Positions 55,096 through 64,000 of a stretch of 64,000 nucleotides of DNA are shown here, in pieces. Origin of the DNA: Spirochaetales bacterium (GTDB lineage: Bacteria; Spirochaetota; Spirochaetia; JABEVK01); the NCBI GenBank assembly GCA_027451945.1, contig DAIDHT010000018.1:499-64498 (forward strand), read 5' to 3'. The notes beneath the pieces were generated by a model. It searched no databases. It was not told the origin of the DNA and saw only the letters and a program-made list of their open reading frames with translations. Both the position numbers and the translations under genes were made by a program. Position 1 is the first letter of the stretch, and each line of letters opens with the position of its first letter.

Positions 55096-56618
55096 TATTG
55101 TTTCTGCCTGTTTTCTTTTTGACTGTTCCATTCTCGGTGAAAACACCGCCACGCGTCCAGAACCCGCGTGCGGGAAAGTTCCCCCCTTCGCTCGAGTGCC
55201 TGACAATACTCTGCTTCCAGGCGGATTTCGGCTTCACGGCGCGCTGTCACATGGCGCCGCCAGCGCTTGTCAGGAAAGCTGCCGAGGCAGAGTGCCGCAT
55301 CAGTGGGGTCTAAGCGCCGCAAAGTCTCTTCAATAACCGTTGCCTCTTCCTTTTGAAAGTCTTGTACCACCTCGGGAGCCGAAAGCGCCGTCAGCTCGCG
55401 AAGCTCCTGTGCCTCAGCGGGGCGCCAAATAAGCTGATCAAATAACTCATGGGCCTTCGGTGACCACTCGATTCGCCCCTCGGTGAGCGCTTGGGCCAAG
55501 GTCTGAGCGAGGTTTCTTGCCCCCTCGTCAGTCATCTCGGAGTCTGTTCTTAGAGCGGCTCTTAGGGCGGCGCGGTCTAGCTCGTGGCGCACCCTGGGTT
55601 TTAACAACGACCGTAAGGCTAAGGGGAGTCTTCCCGTCAACCCAGCAAGCCCCACGGCCTCACCCTGAGCCACGAAAACATTTTCCCAGGCTAGGCGAAG
55701 GTCGCTCGCCGGCAGAGCCTCCCATAAGGCCTTCCATCGTTCGACCCAAGGGGCCGTCGGTCCGGGCAAGACAAGAGGGGGAGGTCGATGCCAGAGCCTT
55801 AGCTCAACCCCGGTTAGCGAAGGCTGGTGCCACAGAGCTAACTGTTGCTCCGAGACGGCAATTTCAAGCGTGCGTGTCGCCTCAACGTCTCCCACTTTGA
55901 CATCAGCGAGGTACGACCAGAACCACCCAGAAGTCAACACCGGCCAAGAGCTGTTGGGGTAGGAGGCCTCTTCGACCCTGAGACCTGTTTGTGCCGCCCA
56001 CACCGTCGAAAAGACGTTGATCCAACCCAAGCTTGGAGGTTTTCCTCGCGACCAGGGCAAAAGAGCCACCATCAGCGGCTGACTTTCGTGCGAGGCAAAG
56101 GCCCCCAAACACACCACGCGACCGTCAAACTTTTTTCGGTGAACAAGCCCAGCGGCCTCGGCCCTCCAGGTAAAGCGCGAGTCGTCCACCGAGCGCGGTA
56201 AAGCAAGCCACGCCGCTGAATCGCGGTAGGCGCCACCGCAGTTAAGCCGGTCACTGAACAAGGCTGGCTCGGTTTGCCAGGCTACCCCTCGGTCCCAACG
56301 AGTTGCCGCACAACGCCCTAAAATCAGGTAGACCCCTGGCAGACCCCAGGGTGGCTCGGCTAACACGACTCGGCGGGCTTCAAAAAGCTCGGGAATCGTG
56401 AGGTCTAGCGCCGCTTGTTGAGGGGGTAAAAAAACACCGGGCAGGTTCAGGGTACGGGCCAGCTGGCCCAAGAACAACGCGCCGGGGCCAGGGTCCAAAC
56501 TTTCGGAAGGTGCCGTCGCACCAGCCAATAGCGCAGTCAGCTCACCGCCAGGCGTCCATAGCGAGCCCCAAGAGTAGATCGTTTTGGGCAATTCCGGTCG
56601 GGAGCGGGGCAACGACAT
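55095..56618 (-). CDS. Hypothetical protein (~507 aa), translationally coupled to the downstream SulP gene
   Basis: ORF with no recognisable motif. Start MSLPRSRPE chosen at ATG 56618 with AGGTG upstream. Stop TAA overlaps the SulP ATG. Confidence 0.45.
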   Translation of the reverse strand: MSLPRSRPELPKTIYSWGSLWTPGGELTALLAGATAPSESLDPGPGALFLGQLARTLNLPGVFLPPQQAALDLTIPELFEARRVVLAEPPWGLPGVYLILGRCAATRWDRGVAWQTEPALFSDRLNCGGAYRDSAAWLALPRSVDDSRFTWRAEAAGLVHRKKFDGRVVCLGAFASHESQPLMVALLPWSRGKPPSLGWINVFSTVWAAQTGLRVEEASYPNSSWPVLTSGWFWSYLADVKVGDVEATRTLEIAVSEQQLALWHQPSLTGVELRLWHRPPPLVLPGPTAPWVERWKALWEALPASDLRLAWENVFVAQGEAVGLAGLTGRLPLALRSLLKPRVRHELDRAALRAALRTDSEMTDEGARNLAQTLAQALTEGRIEWSPKAHELFDQLIWRPAEAQELRELTALSAPEVVQDFQKEEATVIEETLRRLDPTDAALCLGSFPDKRWRRHVTARREAEIRLEAEYCQALERRGELSRTRVLDAWRCFHREWNSQKENRQKQ

Positions 56619-56650
56619 GTTTGACTCAACACCTGAGGGGAGCGTAAACT

Positions 56651-57895
56651 GTGTGCATGTTTTTTTCAACTGAGGAGACGGCCGCCCTTGAGGCCGACCT
56701 AGAAGCGCGCTTTTTACGGTATGTTCGTGTCGGTACCACCTCGGACCCCTCGTCAACCAGTAAACCTTCGACCCCCCAGCAACTTGAGCTTTTGCAAATT
56801 TTACACCAAGAACTGGCGCAACTTAGTCCCGAATACCTAGAAGCCCTGCCCGGCTATGTCGTGGCTCGTTTTGCCGCACGACAAAGCTCTGAGCCCTGCC
56901 TGGCGCTGATCGCCCATGTCGATACCAGCCCCGATGCCCCTGGCGACAACGTTAACCCCCAGGTGCATCGCCACTATCAGGGTCAGCCGCTGACTTTGCC
57001 CGGAGGCCCCGTGCTTGACCCAGCCGAAAACCCACTTTTGACGGCTTACCTCGGCAAAACCATCATAACCTCGGACGGCACGACGCTTTTAGGTGCCGAT
57101 GATAAAGCGGGGGTGGCCGAAATCTTGACGGCCGTAACCTGGGTGCTTCAGGCACCCCAGGCCCACGGCCCGTTTGAAGTTGTTTTTACTACCGATGAAG
57201 AAATTGGCCGAGGCGCCGAAAACTTTCCGTTTGACCGCTTAAAAAGCCGCTTTGCCTATACCGTTGACGGTGGCGAAGAGGGCGGTATTGAAGCGGAGTG
57301 CTACCATGCTTCGCACACCCAGGTCACCTTCGAAGGCCATTCCCACCACCCTGGCACGGCACGTGGTCGTTTGATTAACGCCGTTACCATGGCGGCCTGG
57401 TTTGTCTCGCAGTTACCGCGCAGTGAAAGCCCCGAAGCAACCGACGGCCGTTACGGTTGTTTATGGGCTAACCGCATCACGGGAACAGTCGAACAGGCAC
57501 AGGTGGAGGTTTTTTGCCGCGATTTTGACCGGCAACAGCTTTTACGACGGCAAGAGAGTTTGTCCCACTATGCCCGTGCCGTCGAAGCTTCCTTCCCTGG
57601 CGGCAAAGTCACCCTCAAAACTCAACAGCAGTACACCAATATGAAAGAGGGGCTCGATCAACACCCTGAAGTTCTCGAACGCTTGATCGCAGCGGCACAA
57701 AAGGCTGGCGTTCCGACCTTTTCGCAGTCGATTCGCGGAGGAACTGATGGGGCTCGGCTAACAGAGCTGGGACTTCCTACCCCCAACCTCTTTACGGGGG
57801 GCATGAACTACCACAGCCGCACCGAGTGGGTAGCCCTGCCCGCCATGGCAAGCGCCGCCAAAACCCTCATCGCTCTCTTGCAGAGTGAAGGATAA
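56651..57895 (+). CDS. pepT: Peptidase T (tripeptide aminopeptidase, M20B)
   Basis: RFLRYVRVGTTSD N-terminal region. GADDKAGVAEI motif. M20 metal ligands. Start uncertain (56651 or 56657). Confidence 0.85.
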   Translation: MCMFFSTEETAALEADLEARFLRYVRVGTTSDPSSTSKPSTPQQLELLQILHQELAQLSPEYLEALPGYVVARFAARQSSEPCLALIAHVDTSPDAPGDNVNPQVHRHYQGQPLTLPGGPVLDPAENPLLTAYLGKTIITSDGTTLLGADDKAGVAEILTAVTWVLQAPQAHGPFEVVFTTDEEIGRGAENFPFDRLKSRFAYTVDGGEEGGIEAECYHASHTQVTFEGHSHHPGTARGRLINAVTMAAWFVSQLPRSESPEATDGRYGCLWANRITGTVEQAQVEVFCRDFDRQQLLRRQESLSHYARAVEASFPGGKVTLKTQQQYTNMKEGLDQHPEVLERLIAAAQKAGVPTFSQSIRGGTDGARLTELGLPTPNLFTGGMNYHSRTEWVALPAMASAAKTLIALLQSEG

Positions 57896-57902
57896 CTAAA
57901 AC

Positions 57903-58889
57903 ATGAAATTCAACCTTTTGTTAGCTGGCCTAGCCTGCCTGGTAACCATTCTAGCGCCGTCTTGCTCGCCAGCGCCTTCGTCAAGTACACAAGACCAAAG
58001 CGCCCCCGAAGAAAATTTGCGGCCCAGCGACCTTACCGGTACGGCCCTTAAACCCACCGAGTACAAAATTAAAGCCGCTTATGTTCATGGCGGGCCGCAG
58101 TTGACCACAGGCACACAAACCTCGGTGGCGCTTTCGCTCCACCAAACCCTGTCGCCGGGCGATGCGGTTTCGACCCCGGCCGGAGCCGAAGCAGAGTTGT
58201 ACGTTCAAACCGATGCTTTTAGCGACGGCGTTGTCCGTGTCGGCGAAAAAAGCTGGGTGGTGCTTGAAAAAGACAACCGCCCCGAACATCCTCAACTCGA
58301 AGTCAGTGTCTTTGGCGGTGAAACCGGCTACTTTATTCCCCCAGGACACCAAGACTTAATTAGTATTTGGACCCCGGCTGGCCGCTTGGTGAGCCGAGGC
58401 GGCATGTTTACCGTCACCGTCAGCCCTGACGGTGAAGTACTAGTCAGCACTCGTGAAGGCGAAGTCGTTCTCGAAGGGCAAATGACAGCCACCGCCACAC
58501 CCGGACGTGCGCTGGCTTTGACCCGACCCGGCTCGTGGACGTATTTAGTGCCCGGGGCCGATGTTGCACAGCTTCAAGACCGTTGGGACCGTGTTATGAC
58601 CGAACAAGCGCCACCCTTTCTGAAAGCCCAGCTCAGTGCGAAGCTACCCCGCCTGCAGTTCTTTTTAAAGGCAACGACCCTGTCACCCTTCTTTGAGCGC
58701 GAAGCCCTCTCGCTGATGGTCTGGGCCTATGAGTCACGAACTCTGGCGCCCGACCCAAGCTTACCCTCACCCGAGGCTTTGTCTCAGCTGTGGCAAAAGG
58801 CCGCCCAAAGCCGGGCGGAGCAGAAAGGCATCGTCTGGCCTTTACCATCTTCCCTTTCTGCTCCGCCTTTGTTAGGATTGAACCCATGA
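57903..58889 (+). CDS. Periplasmic lipoprotein, possibly FecR-domain-like
   Basis: Lipobox LAPSCS. Beta-rich central region. Stop overlaps the next gene's start (ATGA). Confidence 0.35.
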   Translation: MKFNLLLAGLACLVTILAPSCSPAPSSSTQDQSAPEENLRPSDLTGTALKPTEYKIKAAYVHGGPQLTTGTQTSVALSLHQTLSPGDAVSTPAGAEAELYVQTDAFSDGVVRVGEKSWVVLEKDNRPEHPQLEVSVFGGETGYFIPPGHQDLISIWTPAGRLVSRGGMFTVTVSPDGEVLVSTREGEVVLEGQMTATATPGRALALTRPGSWTYLVPGADVAQLQDRWDRVMTEQAPPFLKAQLSAKLPRLQFFLKATTLSPFFEREALSLMVWAYESRTLAPDPSLPSPEALSQLWQKAAQSRAEQKGIVWPLPSSLSAPPLLGLNP

Positions 58890-59365
58890 AAACGCTGGTT
58901 GTGTACGACACTCGGCATGGCTTTACTCAACGATGCGTTGAAATGCTCCAGCAGGAGGTGCCCGAGCTAGAGGCTTGGGCGATCAACACTCCCCACAGCC
59001 AGAGTCCCGAACTCGACAAGTACGAGCAACTCATTTTGGGAGGGCCGGTGTACTTTGGCCGTTATTCCCGGCGGCTTGTTCAGTTCGTTCAAAAACATCA
59101 AGCACTTTTAAAGTCCAAGGTATGTCGCTTTTTTGTTGTGGGGCTTTCGCCCCGCGCCGCCGCCCAAGAATACGTCAAAACGGCTTTGGGTCCTGACTGG
59201 GAAGCCCAGCTTGGGCAACTGATTTTCTTTGGGGGTGCTATTCAGTGGGAAAAGCTCACCTGGTGGGAAAAGTGGCTCTTGAAGACGGCTCGCCACATCG
59301 AGACTGACGCGTCGAACTTTGACCTGCAAGAAGTCCAAAAACTGGTCAGCGATTTGCGCCGTTAG
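58886..59365 (+). CDS. Flavodoxin-like protein (Flavodoxin_5 / HemG-related family)
   Basis: MKTLVVYDTRHGFTQ N-terminus, typical of the flavodoxin-like HemG family. ~159 aa. Internal start, supported by the ATGA overlap. Confidence 0.55.
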   Translation: MKTLVVYDTRHGFTQRCVEMLQQEVPELEAWAINTPHSQSPELDKYEQLILGGPVYFGRYSRRLVQFVQKHQALLKSKVCRFFVVGLSPRAAAQEYVKTALGPDWEAQLGQLIFFGGAIQWEKLTWWEKWLLKTARHIETDASNFDLQEVQKLVSDLRR

Positions 59366-59412
59366 CCCCAGAAACCCTGGCGGATTAACGGTTTTCGCGG
59401 TAAATTCTATCT

Positions 59413-60606
59413 ATGAGCATTCTTAAGGGGTTCGTGGTCGTTGTGGCCCTGACGTTGGCCTCGTGCAGTCTCAATACCGACTACTTCAGCGACTACAATA
59501 ACGTCAACCTCTTGAGCAACTGGGATTTTACCTCGCAGACGGCGACCACACCCAACTGGGCTTTATCGACGACACCCGATTATATGAACTGGACCGACCT
59601 GGGCGTGGGCACGGGGCCCACCGCAAGCTCCCATGCCTATCGCTTAGAAATCAAGAACCTGATCCCCAATGGCGATTTTACGGCTTCATCGCCGGGTTCG
59701 CTAATAAACAACCCGGCCAGTGCGTGGAGCATTTCGGGAAGCGGCACGGCGACGGTTGTCCCTGCGGGAAGCGCCGTGACGACGCAAGGTGGCACCTCCG
59801 TAACGTTGAGTGTGCCTTCAATAAACTGGAAAAGCTCCTTACCCACCGATACGTTAACCCTCAATCTCAACTCGGCTTTAGGCATTTCTAGCATATCGGG
59901 TAAACCAATTTGGCAATCAGGGCAATACAATCTTCAGATGAGTTTTATTGATTTGTTTACTGCGACGTTGTGCCAGCTCAACTTTGTCCCGACGACAGGA
60001 ACCATCACGAGTTGGACGTACCCCAATTCAGGCCAGTCGAATACTCAATATCCCACTCAATATTTGAACACCTTAAATAGCCCGGGCGCTTTGGTAAGTA
60101 ATCTCATTGCGTATTCTGGTTCCAATGACGCCTTGGTTTTTACGACGGCTACCAATACTCAGAATATTTTGTTTTCAAGCCTCCGCCTTGTGCGCAGCGA
60201 TTTGCCACTCTATGTGTCTACCTCACTGCCCAGCTTAACCTCGGGCACGCTTCAGCTGATCCCTGGCACCTATCAGTTTTCGATCTGGGTCAAGCAGGAC
60301 CCTACAGCAGGAACGGCCAACCGTTTTGCGGCCACCGGGCTAACGATCAACATTACGGCGGCGACCCAACCTGGCAACACCGGCACTTTTCAAGAATTTG
60401 TCCCCAATACCGGGTGGACTAGCTCTAACTGGACGCTGGTTACCTTTCCCCTCGGGACTGTCGACTTTGTGGACTACGATTCTCAGCATACGGGTACGCC
60501 TGCCCTAACCATCGCCTTAAGCCCCACGAACATCTATAACGATTCACCTTCGTTAGATGCCGGCAGTCTTTTAGTCGCCTCGCCTACCCTGCAGTTCTTG
60601 CACTAA
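59413..60606 (+). CDS. Ser/Thr-rich hypothetical lipoprotein
   Basis: Signal peptide plus lipobox LTLASCS. No recognisable domain. Confidence 0.45.
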   Translation: MSILKGFVVVVALTLASCSLNTDYFSDYNNVNLLSNWDFTSQTATTPNWALSTTPDYMNWTDLGVGTGPTASSHAYRLEIKNLIPNGDFTASSPGSLINNPASAWSISGSGTATVVPAGSAVTTQGGTSVTLSVPSINWKSSLPTDTLTLNLNSALGISSISGKPIWQSGQYNLQMSFIDLFTATLCQLNFVPTTGTITSWTYPNSGQSNTQYPTQYLNTLNSPGALVSNLIAYSGSNDALVFTTATNTQNILFSSLRLVRSDLPLYVSTSLPSLTSGTLQLIPGTYQFSIWVKQDPTAGTANRFAATGLTINITAATQPGNTGTFQEFVPNTGWTSSNWTLVTFPLGTVDFVDYDSQHTGTPALTIALSPTNIYNDSPSLDAGSLLVASPTLQFLH

Positions 60607-60717
60607 CGGCGCCCCCGGGGCATCAGACACCACCATGAGCGGCAACTTGCCTTATCGGGGGGTTAAGATTAAAATGACCCCATTATAAACCTTAAATACG
60701 CCAGAAATGAGGTTATT

Positions 60718-62091
60718 TTGATACCACGGGCCGCACTTGCCAACATTACAAATTGGATAAACCGCACACACCGTAAACCCCTCATTCTCCGTGGGGCCCG
60801 GCAAGTAGGAAAATCGACCTTGGTACGCATGGCGGCGTTGGCCTGCGAGGCTGTGCTGTGGGAAGTCAACCTAGAGCGTTATCCGAATCTTTACTCTCTG
60901 TTTCAAACCAGGGATCCCCAACAAATTCTTCGGGAGCTAGCTTTAATTCTCAACCTCCCTAACCCTGGGACTCGTCCTCTTTTACTGTTTCTCGACGAGA
61001 TTCAAGAAGCCCCAGAAGCCCTCGTGTGCCTGCGCTACTTTTACGAAGAAATGCCACAATTGCTCGTCGTCGCAGCCGGGTCACTTTTAGAATTCACCCT
61101 TGCAAAAGCCAATTTTTCAATGCCGGTGGGTCGAGTCGAGTATTTGTGGTTGGGGCCTTTAGACTTTTCAGAATTCTTGCAGGGCACAGGAGCCTCATCT
61201 TTGGCGGATTTCTTGGTTCAATGGCGGGTTGGCCAGACCATTCCTGATGCGCTTCACCAAAAGCTTCTGGAAAAATTGAGGGAGTATTTTTTAGTAGGAG
61301 GTATGCCTGAAGCCGTTCAGGTCTTTGCACAAACCGGCCAATTTACTGAAGCGCAAGCTGTTCACCGCTCAATCCTCGATACCTACAAGGACGACTTTGG
61401 AAAGTACGCACAAGGAGCGGCTTTAGAAAAGCTACGACACGTTTTTGAACGCGCTCCGTTGCTTCTTGGACAAAAGGTAAAGTACAAAAACTTTCATCCC
61501 GATTGGAAAGCAAATGAGATCCGCCAGGCTTTAGAACTTTTAGAACGAGCAGGAATTGTCGTTAAAGTTAAACATTCTGAGTCCTCCGGGGTTCCCCTAA
61601 GTACCCAAGAAGACCCCACAGTTTACAAGCTTTTCTTTGTTGATATTGGACTCGCTTTAAACGCCTGGGGTACGGGCGGTCTGGAACTGTCAGCCTTTCT
61701 TGAGGGACGAATTTTTGAAGAAGGCAAACTTGCCGAGCAGTTTGCCGCACAGGCTCTTGCCTACTCTGCAGGAAGACACGAAGCTCCCCGCTTATTTTAC
61801 TGGCTACGTGAGGGGAAAAGTACCAATGCCGAAGTAGACTTTTTGCTTACGGTAAGGCAAACGGTAATACCACTCGAAATCAAAGCAGGAACTTCAGGGA
61901 GCCTCAGATCGTTACACCAATTTATGGCTTTAAAGAAACTGGGCAAGGCGGTACGCTGTGATTTACTCCCCCCTTCGGCCCAACAAGTTAACACCACCGT
62001 GATGACGCCTGCAGGCAAGCAAGCAGTCAACTATCAACTTCAAAATCTGCCGTTGTACTTACTTCCCTTTGTATTCTTAGGAGAGTTTTAA
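60718..62091 (+). CDS. AAA-domain ATPase of the AAA_14/DUF4143 family
   Basis: Walker A GARQVGKST. Family-typical N-terminus and ~450 aa length. Confidence 0.75.
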   Translation: MIPRAALANITNWINRTHRKPLILRGARQVGKSTLVRMAALACEAVLWEVNLERYPNLYSLFQTRDPQQILRELALILNLPNPGTRPLLLFLDEIQEAPEALVCLRYFYEEMPQLLVVAAGSLLEFTLAKANFSMPVGRVEYLWLGPLDFSEFLQGTGASSLADFLVQWRVGQTIPDALHQKLLEKLREYFLVGGMPEAVQVFAQTGQFTEAQAVHRSILDTYKDDFGKYAQGAALEKLRHVFERAPLLLGQKVKYKNFHPDWKANEIRQALELLERAGIVVKVKHSESSGVPLSTQEDPTVYKLFFVDIGLALNAWGTGGLELSAFLEGRIFEEGKLAEQFAAQALAYSAGRHEAPRLFYWLREGKSTNAEVDFLLTVRQTVIPLEIKAGTSGSLRSLHQFMALKKLGKAVRCDLLPPSAQQVNTTVMTPAGKQAVNYQLQNLPLYLLPFVFLGEF

Positions 62092-62155
62092 CAAACGACA
62101 GTTGTTTTAAAACGATCTAAACCGTTATATTGAGGAATAAACGAGGTCGAACGTT

Positions 62156-63187
62156 ATGAAACGCCTTACCTATATCAGTCGCTTTACTCAGCCTCTGTCC
62201 AAGGAGGATTTAGACGAAATAGCCAAGGTCTCAGAAGCTAACAACGCCCGCGAAGGTCTAACAGGGGCTCTTTTATCGACGGGGTCTATCTTTTACCAGA
62301 TTCTTGAAGGTTTAGACGCCGATGTGGATAACTGTTTCGAGCGCATCGCGCAGGACGCACGGCATACAGGAATCTTTGTCCTTGAGATGGAGCCCGATAT
62401 TCTGCGGCGCCAGTTCCCCGATTGGAAGATGAAAACCATCCAACTAGACCTCCTCAAAGACCCCTTGGTCGAACCCATGAAAAAGCTTCTTTCGACGTTT
62501 GAATCGAATCACCACATTTTAGAGCGCTACACCTCGCGGTTTGTTCAAGACAGCGTGGCCCATGGAATTGACCCAACGCACTTACGGCCCGTTCGACGCG
62601 AAGCCATTGTGCTGTTCTCGGATATCGTGGGGTCAACTATTTTGGGGGAACAACTCGACCCCGAAAAACTTATGGCACTTTTGCGTTCTTACTACGACAT
62701 AGTCATTGAAGCCATCGAAAGCGAGGGTGGCGAAGTTCTTAAGCTCCTCGGCGACGGCATCATGGCACGGTTTGAAGCCACCAAAGCCGTTGAAGCCAAA
62801 CAAGCCTGCGAAAAAGCGCTCAAAGGACTGGCCCAGCTCCGCCAGAGAGCTCGGGGTGCTGACAAACTTCTTGCCGCTGGCTTTGGCCTTTCAAAAGGCC
62901 CCGTGGTCGAGGGGAACGTCGGCTCTGGCGGTAAGTTAGACTACACGCTGATCGGTGATGCGGTAAACTTGGCCGCCCGTTTACAAGCGGTGACCCGAAC
63001 TTCAGGCCAAGGGCTCGTGTTTAGCCGCGAGGTTCAAGACGCCCTTCCCTCCGAAGCCAAAGGAAAAGCCTTGGGTTCTTTTAAACCACGCGGAAAAGAT
63101 TCTGTCGTCGAAGTCTTTGGTAGCACCCTGCCCGAATCAGTATTGGGCATTACCGAAGAGGAAATTCGTACAGAATTGGTTAAATAA
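62156..63187 (+). CDS. BLUF-domain photoactivated adenylyl cyclase (bPAC-like; BLUF + class III cyclase)
   Basis: BLUF N-terminus (MKRLTYISRF...GALLSTGSIFYQILEG...FPDWKMKTI) mirrors bPAC as recalled. CYC domain (AIVLFSDIVGST...GGEVLKLLGDGIMARF...DYTLIGDAVNLAARLQ). Confidence 0.85.
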   Translation: MKRLTYISRFTQPLSKEDLDEIAKVSEANNAREGLTGALLSTGSIFYQILEGLDADVDNCFERIAQDARHTGIFVLEMEPDILRRQFPDWKMKTIQLDLLKDPLVEPMKKLLSTFESNHHILERYTSRFVQDSVAHGIDPTHLRPVRREAIVLFSDIVGSTILGEQLDPEKLMALLRSYYDIVIEAIESEGGEVLKLLGDGIMARFEATKAVEAKQACEKALKGLAQLRQRARGADKLLAAGFGLSKGPVVEGNVGSGGKLDYTLIGDAVNLAARLQAVTRTSGQGLVFSREVQDALPSEAKGKALGSFKPRGKDSVVEVFGSTLPESVLGITEEEIRTELVK

Positions 63188-63229
63188 TATAAGTTATTTG
63201 ATTAACAACCTAGTGTTATGCTTCACACT

Positions 63230-64000
63230 ATGAAAACTCTTGTGATGCTATTTATCGTCCTCGGTTGTGCCTTGGTAGCTTCTTGCTCAACACCTGTAGC
63301 GCTTTCGCCTGCAGGGCAAAGCCCGACCAACCCTTCCTCGGGGTACCAGGTGGGAGTCACCCTTGCCTCGAACCCCGCCGGAGCGTCCAGAAATCTCATT
63401 GCCGATACTAATGTTACTTCCGTTGTCGTTAACGCCCTTCTCAATGGCACGTCTGTCGGTAGCGGAACCCTTACAAAACAGGCTTCAAGCTGGACGGGCT
63501 CGTTTTCGGTATCACAGTTGGGGCAAATCACTTTCAACGCGTATGCCGAAAACTCTTCCTCCCAAGTGCTTTGGTTTGGCTCCTCATCGACAAATATCAC
63601 GGGGAGTGGCACGGCAATCACCATCGCCATGAGCAGTTTTGTGCCGACCAACGTTAGTGCCACCGCAGGGGCCAAACAAATCACCCTTTCGTGGACTGCT
63701 GTGACAGGTGCGACAAGCTACAAAATCTATTGGTCAAACAGCTCTAGCCTGACAACAGCCAATGGAACCGCGATCAGTGTCAGCGGTACCAGCTATACCC
63801 ACACGGGCCTTACTTGGACGCAACCCTATTATTACCTTGTGACCGCCGTCAACTCGGCACATGAGAGCGTTGCCTCGTCCGTTCTGAAAGCCTCGGCCAA
63901 CATTCAATGGACCAACTATACCTCAACCCAAGGACTTCCGAGCAGCCAGGTTTCTAGCATCGCCGTCTCTGGGACTAATATTTACCTAGGAACTATTGGT
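63230..64000 (+). CDS. Surface lipoprotein with the family N-terminal module followed by FN3-like and Asp-box/propeller-type repeats (3' partial)
   Basis: Lipobox LVASCSTP. Module NGTSVGSGTLTKQASSWTGSFSVS... homologous to the N-termini of the genes at 2034, 36539(-) and 36963. Runs off the window end. Confidence 0.55.
   Translation, partial: MKTLVMLFIVLGCALVASCSTPVALSPAGQSPTNPSSGYQVGVTLASNPAGASRNLIADTNVTSVVVNALLNGTSVGSGTLTKQASSWTGSFSVSQLGQITFNAYAENSSSQVLWFGSSSTNITGSGTAITIAMSSFVPTNVSATAGAKQITLSWTAVTGATSYKIYWSNSSSLTTANGTAISVSGTSYTHTGLTWTQPYYYLVTAVNSAHESVASSVLKASANIQWTNYTSTQGLPSSQVSSIAVSGTNIYLGTIG

Noticed and set aside
1-64000. CRISPR arrays, tRNA/rRNA genes, IS elements, integrases
   Set aside because: I scanned for short regularly spaced repeats, tRNA T-arm consensus (GGTTCGAATCC-like) and transposase/integrase ORFs. 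None was found.

Overview
This is a ~64 kb chromosomal segment at roughly 55% GC with about 55 protein-coding genes. I found no rRNA, tRNA, CRISPR array, transposase or integrase. The organism looks diderm: there are small outer-membrane beta-barrels ending in a C-terminal Phe, an OmpA-family lipoprotein and many lipoproteins with an L-x-x-C lipobox.

Gene content by theme:
- Surface lipoprotein family: four paralogous genes (2034, 36539 minus, 36963 and 63230) share a novel ~100-aa N-terminal module. The module is fused either to Asp-box beta-propeller repeats or to GH13 starch-degrading enzymes.
- Starch utilisation: a divergent pullulanase / alpha-amylase pair shares a ~420-bp AT-rich control region. 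That region carries an unannotated 42-aa uORF with a perfect Shine-Dalgarno and a lasso-peptide-like leader motif.
- Sucrose metabolism: a minus-strand operon encodes a sucrose-phosphate synthase-like GT4 enzyme, an SPP-type HAD phosphatase fused to an (alpha/alpha)6 glycosidase, and a YitJ-type bifunctional homocysteine methyltransferase/MTHFR.
- Haem biosynthesis: a coproporphyrin-dependent cluster with overlapping hemH, hemE and hemY, a ChdC/HemQ-like gene with an unknown 161-aa partner, and hemL translationally coupled to a HAD protein.
- A divergent ilvC-ilvY pair whose IlvC looks strikingly enterobacterial.
- A 1364-aa SNF2 ATPase with an ~800-aa uncharacterised N-terminus, sitting next to a K+ channel gene.
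- A stand-alone NrdB carrying class Ic-type (Glu/Phe) signature substitutions.
- A bPAC-like BLUF-adenylyl cyclase photoreceptor.
- Signalling and transport genes: GAF-GGDEF, MCP, an orphan histidine kinase, MscS, NhaD, ClC, SulP-STAS, and MFS/EamA transporters.
- Several tandem direct repeats in promoter or UTR regions.

All calls rest on reading the translated ORFs and the DNA by eye. Family assignments are from recalled motifs, not database searches.
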